Shown here: piece by piece, positions 27,903-31,753 of the stretch | How the letters are laid out: each line of letters opens with the position of its first letter | Numbering within the stretch: position 1 is the first letter of the stretch | Source: a virus | Taxonomy: Duplodnaviria; Caudoviricetes | DNA: 31,753 bases | Direction: 5' to 3' (one strand) | Virus record (IMG/VR): IMGVR_UViG_3300009436_000068 | Span: 1-31,753 of that record | The notes under the pieces: model-generated | Databases searched by the model: none | Told to the model about the DNA's origin: nothing | The model's input: only the letters and a program-made list of their open reading frames with translations | Made by a program: the position numbers and the translations under genes

Positions 27903-29577
27903 CCCACAACTGCCTCAAGAGTTACACGACTTCAGGAACTTCCTGTTTATTGTATGGAAGCATCTGGCACTACCAGACCCGACAGAAGTACAATACGACA
28001 TGGCCGAGTATCTCCAGAACGCTCCTAGACGAGCAATCATTGAGGCATTCCGTGGAGTTGGTAAGAGTTACATCACTGCCGCCTTTGTAGTGTGGAAGCT
28101 ACTGCTTGATCCTGAGATTAAGTTTATGGTTGTCTCCGCATCAAAGGCTCGTGCAGATGATTTCTCTACATTCACCCAACGGCTGATTATGGAACTACCA
28201 ATGTGTAGTCACCTGATCGCTAAAGATCACCAGCGGTGGTCTAAGATTGCATTCGATGTTGGCCCAGCCAAGGCATCAGGTTCCGCTAGTGTTAAATCTG
28301 TCGGTATCACTGGACAGCTTACAGGCTCTCGTGCAGACATTATTATTGCCGATGACGTTGAAGTACCCAACAACAGCATGACCCACATGATGCGTGAGCG
28401 TCTAGCGGAAGCTGTAAAGGAATTCGATGCGGTACTTAAACCCAACGGTAAGATACTTTACCTTGGCACACCACAGTGCGAAATGAGTCTTTATAATACA
28501 CTCACAGAGCGTGGTTATAAGATGCGAGTATGGCCTGCACGTTTCCCTACCACAGAACGCGCTGAGAAGGCGTATGGGAGTCGTTTAGCACCTCTGCTAT
28601 ACGATAAGATGTCCTTTAGTGACAAGCCGTTAGACGGGCAACCAGTAGACCCTAAGAGGTTCGATGCTGATGACCTGTTAGAACGAGAACTCAGCTACGG
28701 TAAATCAGGCTTTGCTTTACAGTTTATGTTGGACACCAGCCTCAGTGACCTTAACAAATACCCACTGAAGCTAAGTGATCTTATGATCATGTCGTGTGAC
28801 GCTAAGAAAGCCCCAGAGAAACTCGTGTATGGCATTATGAAGGAGATTAAAGACCTCCCTAATGTTGGCCTAGCGGGTGACAAGTACTACGCCCCAGAAG
28901 CTGTTGTAGGAGACTACGTTGACTACACAGGTTCCCTGTTGGTCATTGACCCGTCAGGTAGAGGTTCGGATGAAACCGCTTACGCAGTCATTAAGATGCT
29001 TAACGGTTACTTGTACGTTGTCGAGTGTGCTGGCGTTGACGGTGGTTACTCCACCCCCGCACTAGAGCATCTTGCAAAGAAGGCTAAAGAACACTCTGTC
29101 AACATGGTGCTGATCGAGAGTAACTTTGGTGACGGTATGTTTACAGAACTACTGAAGCCCATACTCAACAAGACGTACTCTGTTACCATCGAAGAGGTAC
29201 GCCACAGCAAGCAGAAAGAATTACGTATCATCGACACACTAGAACCCCTGTTCAACCAACACCGGATCATTATAGACCCCAAGGTTGTCCAGCAGGATTA
29301 CGATAGTGTTCAGAAGTACCCAGCAGAACAAGCCCAACGCTACATGCTCACCTACCAACTGTCTAGGATCACTAGAGATAGAGGCTCCCTAGCGCATGAC
29401 GATAGGTTAGATGTACTCGCTATGGGCTGTAAGTACTTTGTCGATCAAATGGCCGCTGATGTTAACTTAATGATGAACGAGCGCAAGGATGAAGTCCTAC
29501 GTGCAGAACTCGACAAGTTCATTGGTGGATTCAATATAGGCAACAAGGGTAGCCCAACAGCCCTTACTGCATTCTAA
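27895..29577 (+). CDS. Terminase large subunit, T7 gp19-like
   Basis: AFRGVGKS, GQLTGSRADIIIADDVE, YLGTPQ, IDPSGRGSDET, ESNFGDGM, HDDRLD. ATG 27895 follows AGGAG. Confidence 0.96.
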   Translation: MANPQLPQELHDFRNFLFIVWKHLALPDPTEVQYDMAEYLQNAPRRAIIEAFRGVGKSYITAAFVVWKLLLDPEIKFMVVSASKARADDFSTFTQRLIMELPMCSHLIAKDHQRWSKIAFDVGPAKASGSASVKSVGITGQLTGSRADIIIADDVEVPNNSMTHMMRERLAEAVKEFDAVLKPNGKILYLGTPQCEMSLYNTLTERGYKMRVWPARFPTTERAEKAYGSRLAPLLYDKMSFSDKPLDGQPVDPKRFDADDLLERELSYGKSGFALQFMLDTSLSDLNKYPLKLSDLMIMSCDAKKAPEKLVYGIMKEIKDLPNVGLAGDKYYAPEAVVGDYVDYTGSLLVIDPSGRGSDETAYAVIKMLNGYLYVVECAGVDGGYSTPALEHLAKKAKEHSVNMVLIESNFGDGMFTELLKPILNKTYSVTIEEVRHSKQKELRIIDTLEPLFNQHRIIIDPKVVQQDYDSVQKYPAEQAQRYMLTYQLSRITRDRGSLAHDDRLDVLAMGCKYFVDQMAADVNLMMNERKDEVLRAELDKFIGGFNIGNKGSPTALTAF

Positions 29578-29587
29578 CGAGGACATT

Positions 29588-30058
29588 ATGATTGAAATAG
29601 CAATGGCAATAAAAGCCGCACACTCTAGTGTCCAATTTATCACCAAGGCGGTTAACGCAGGTCACGATGTAATGGACTTGACTGACCGCATCGGTGCTTT
29701 CTTTGACGCTAAAGAACAGATACAGGAGGCAGAGATAGCCTCCAAGAACCCCTCCATAGCCGCTAAACTACTTGCAGGAGGCTCTGTAGAGTCTCAGGCA
29801 TTGCAGATTACTGCTGCCAAGTACAAACTACAAGAGCATGAGAAGCAGTTAAGGGAAATTATAATGTACCACGGGGCAGGTGAAGCATTCTACCAAGAAA
29901 TGTTACGGAATAGACGCTTAATACGTGACCAGCGTATGAGAGCAGCTAGGAAGAAGGCTGAAACCAAGAAGATGGTACTCGATACAGCCTTAATAATCTT
30001 CGTAACACTTATAGGAGCCGCCACGATCCCTTTGCTTGCTGTGTGGTTGATAGAATAA
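29588..30058 (+). CDS. Hypothetical membrane-anchored protein (last late gene)
   Basis: GAGGA RBS; helical sequence, basic stretch, then C-terminal TM helix. Confidence 0.75.
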   Translation: MIEIAMAIKAAHSSVQFITKAVNAGHDVMDLTDRIGAFFDAKEQIQEAEIASKNPSIAAKLLAGGSVESQALQITAAKYKLQEHEKQLREIIMYHGAGEAFYQEMLRNRRLIRDQRMRAARKKAETKKMVLDTALIIFVTLIGAATIPLLAVWLIE

Positions 30059-30091
30059 ACCTATTAAGACCAGGGAATTCATAGGTATTTT

Positions 30092-30112
30092 CTAAAGGCC
30101 CCCTATTAGTGG
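30092..30112 (+). promoter_or_regulatory. Candidate phage RNA polymerase promoter (copy 2, phiOR-like position)
   Basis: CTAAAGGCCCCCTATTAGTGG, similar to 7965-7985. Confidence 0.5.
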
Positions 30113-30536
30113 CGTGTTTGTACATACTACTACATATATATATGTAAGTAAGTAGGTATGTAAGTAGCTAACTACTCTATAGATGGCTCTAATTCCTATA
30201 GATACCAGCCCCACACCCCCACATCAAAGGTTCTTGACGGTACTGAGGTATCGTCCCGATGGGTAACAAAGGACTACACAGAGACATTTAGTGTCTCCTA
30301 CCTTCCCCCCAAGGTGTAGTCGGACAAAAAGCCCGTCCCTAATTTGGTAGAAAAATCTGAAGAGGTTATTAACGTGGGACAGTTCTACGATTCCCCCATG
30401 CGCTACACTATAGGCCGAAAGATATGCCACCGGATACCGACTAGCGCCGCAGCTAGTGCCGCATGATCGCTGCGAGGCGCTTTGATGTTGGCCTTTCGGT
30501 AGACTATTAATCTAGTGCCAGCCGATACGGTGATTT

Positions 30537-30552
30537 TCTTTACATGTAAAGA
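30537..30552. repeat. Perfect 16-bp palindrome, copy 1
   Basis: TCTTTACATGTAAAGA; identical copy at 31303-31318. Confidence 0.9.
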
Positions 30553-30607
30553 TTCTATTGTGTCTGTTTGTCTTTTCTATCGGTTGCATTTATTTCACTA
30601 GGTGGCC

Positions 30608-30637
30608 TTGCATTTGCTATAGGTATTTTGCTATACT
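30608..30637 (+). promoter_or_regulatory. Host sigma70 early promoter
   Basis: TTGCAT-18 bp-TATACT with extended -10 (TGnTATACT). Followed by a hairpin AATGGC-GAGAAA-GCCATT at the likely transcript start. Confidence 0.75.
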
Positions 30638-30673
30638 ATTGCCAATGGCGAGAAAGCCATTATTTCAACCCTA

Positions 30674-30692
30674 AATGAGAATCATTCTCAAT
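30674..30692. promoter_or_regulatory. Fur-box-like operator
   Basis: AATGAGAATCATTCTCAAT. Perfect 7-1-7 inverted repeat TGAGAAT-C-ATTCTCA, versus Fur consensus TGATAAT-N-ATTATCA. Confidence 0.7.
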
Positions 30693-30711
30693 AACTTTAA
30701 GAGGCTACACC

Positions 30712-31302
30712 ATGACCGATTTCAACTTAAATACTGCTTTATTAGTAACTACTGACGCGAAAGAAATAAAGGCGCAACAAGCCCATGTTAAAAAGACATT
30801 CAAGGCATTCGTTAAAAGCGCCGATAGTGCCGCCAGTGCCTGCCAGATGTTATTCTCTAACTTCGCACATTGCTTTGATGCGGAGATACACGACAAATCA
30901 TTTAACCTAGCCAAAAAGAAATGGTTCGCGGCACTTGGTTATAAGAATGCCGAGCAGTTGAAAAACGAAAGTGGCTTAAATCTTTCGGCTTACTTTTCTA
31001 TCATGGCCTTCGGCGCGAAGGAAGGCCACAAAGCCTACTATGATTTTGCCGAACTGCGTAACGATTACAATAACCGTCCTAAAACAAAGGCCAGCGCAAA
31101 GCCATCAAAGTCTGGTGCTGGTACTGGTACTGGTGAAAGTGAATCGGCCGATCCGGTAGCCAACATTCCGCAAGTCACTAGCGCATTACTTGAAGCCATC
31201 AATAAGGCCAGCCAGTTAGCACCTGAATTGCAAGATGTTCTGGCCGGTGAAATGCTGGAAGTTATCAAGGCCGCTAACGATCAATTGAAAATTGCCGCTT
31301 AA
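30712..31302 (+). CDS. Probable first early gene, hypothetical 196 aa
   Basis: AAGAGG RBS. Ala/Lys-rich domain, low-complexity linker (KASAKPSKSGAGTGTG) and C-terminal helical segment. Confidence 0.8.
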   Translation: MTDFNLNTALLVTTDAKEIKAQQAHVKKTFKAFVKSADSAASACQMLFSNFAHCFDAEIHDKSFNLAKKKWFAALGYKNAEQLKNESGLNLSAYFSIMAFGAKEGHKAYYDFAELRNDYNNRPKTKASAKPSKSGAGTGTGESESADPVANIPQVTSALLEAINKASQLAPELQDVLAGEMLEVIKAANDQLKIAA

Positions 31303-31318
31303 TCTTTACATGTAAAGA
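31303..31318. repeat. Perfect 16-bp palindrome, copy 2
   Basis: TCTTTACATGTAAAGA, starting immediately after the stop codon of 30712-31302. Confidence 0.9.
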
Positions 31319-31327
31319 AACCCAACC

Positions 31328-31341
31328 GGCCACGGATGGCC
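31328..31341 (+). promoter_or_regulatory. Hairpin with CsrA/RsmA-type site
   Basis: GGCCA-CGGA-TGGCC contains CANGGANG with GGA in the loop, about 10 nt upstream of the AGGA RBS of the next ORF. Confidence 0.5.
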
Positions 31342-31361
31342 AATACTATAGGAATAATATT

Positions 31362-31622
31362 ATGTCTCATAATCCATACTGCCAGCGTCTAACCAATCTC
31401 GAAGCCCGCTATGGTTCCGGCCTTAGATCGGCCTACGCTTCAAAGCTGCATAGCGATTTTGTGCAGACCATGACCGAGCGAAAAGCGGCACGATATCTAG
31501 CACAAAAAAGATTCGAGCGTCACCAGCGATTTACCAATATATTCCTTGGCTTCTCAATCTCATTTATTGCGGCCGTGACAATTGCCACCGGATTAATCAT
31601 GTGGGCTAATGCACTAGCCTAG
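31362..31622 (+). CDS. Early membrane protein, hypothetical 86 aa
   Basis: AGGA RBS; basic N-terminal part and C-terminal TM helix (IFLGFSISFIAAVTIATGLIMW). Confidence 0.7.
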   Translation: MSHNPYCQRLTNLEARYGSGLRSAYASKLHSDFVQTMTERKAARYLAQKRFERHQRFTNIFLGFSISFIAAVTIATGLIMWANALA

Positions 31623-31647
31623 TCCCTCCCAGAATTTCCCCGACTTT

Positions 31648-31674
31648 GCCCAGATTTCGATCTGGGTTTTTTTT
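31648..31674 (+). terminator. Intrinsic terminator closing the two-gene early unit
   Basis: CCCAGAT-TTCG-ATCTGGG followed by T8. Confidence 0.88.
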
Positions 31675-31753
31675 GCCTAGAAAAAAGTATTTTATTTTAA
31701 GTAAAATACTATGTCGGTTGTGCGTACTGTTCAGCCGACTTGCGGTTCGCCAA

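Larger units (their letters stand above)
30059..30600. other. Non-coding probable genome-end / terminal-repeat junction
   Basis: The only long gene-free stretch. Lies after terL and before a sigma70 promoter; contains AT-rich inverted repeats and C runs. Confidence 0.65.

Noticed and set aside
434-29282. Numerous minus-strand ORFs of 60-170 aa
   Set aside because: All lie opposite well-supported plus-strand genes in a unidirectional T7-like genome.
30398-30416. ACACTATAGG resembling the SP6/T7 promoter core (also ATACTATAGG near 31343)
   Set aside because: Upstream specificity region does not match T7, SP6 or the GGCCCCCT motif; too short to support.
30224-30430. Minus-strand 68-aa ORF in the end region
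   Set aside because: Opposite to genome polarity, no recognisable motif, and within the probable terminal non-coding region.
31713-31739. Hairpin GTCGGTTG...CAGCCGAC at the window end as tRNA or RNase III site
   Set aside because: No tRNA arms visible and context is cut by the window edge; cannot be assigned.

Overview
Most of a T7-like podovirus genome (Autographiviridae-type gene order), probably marine and possibly infecting a gammaproteobacterium. All real genes are on the + strand. The window opens inside the ssDNA-binding protein gene. It continues through replication genes (endonuclease I, primase-helicase, family A DNA polymerase, PD-(D/E)XK nuclease, 5'-3' exonuclease, a putative dNTP diphosphohydrolase, class II RNR), the virion module (gp6.5/6.7, portal, scaffold, capsid, tail tubes, internal proteins, two collagen tail fibres and a tip protein), lysis and terminase genes. 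It then crosses a non-coding probable genome-end junction (~30.06-30.7 kb) into what look like the first early genes, so the contig appears circularly permuted. No RNA polymerase gene is in the window. Most notable: (1) two different tail-fibre proteins each carry exactly 81 uninterrupted Gly-X-Y triplets; (2) the early region has a sigma70 promoter, a Fur-box-like palindrome, two identical 16-bp palindromes bracketing the first gene, and a CsrA/RsmA-type hairpin; (3) the capsid leader follows a terminator and can pair with its own Shine-Dalgarno. All functional calls come from motif recognition and synteny, not database searches.
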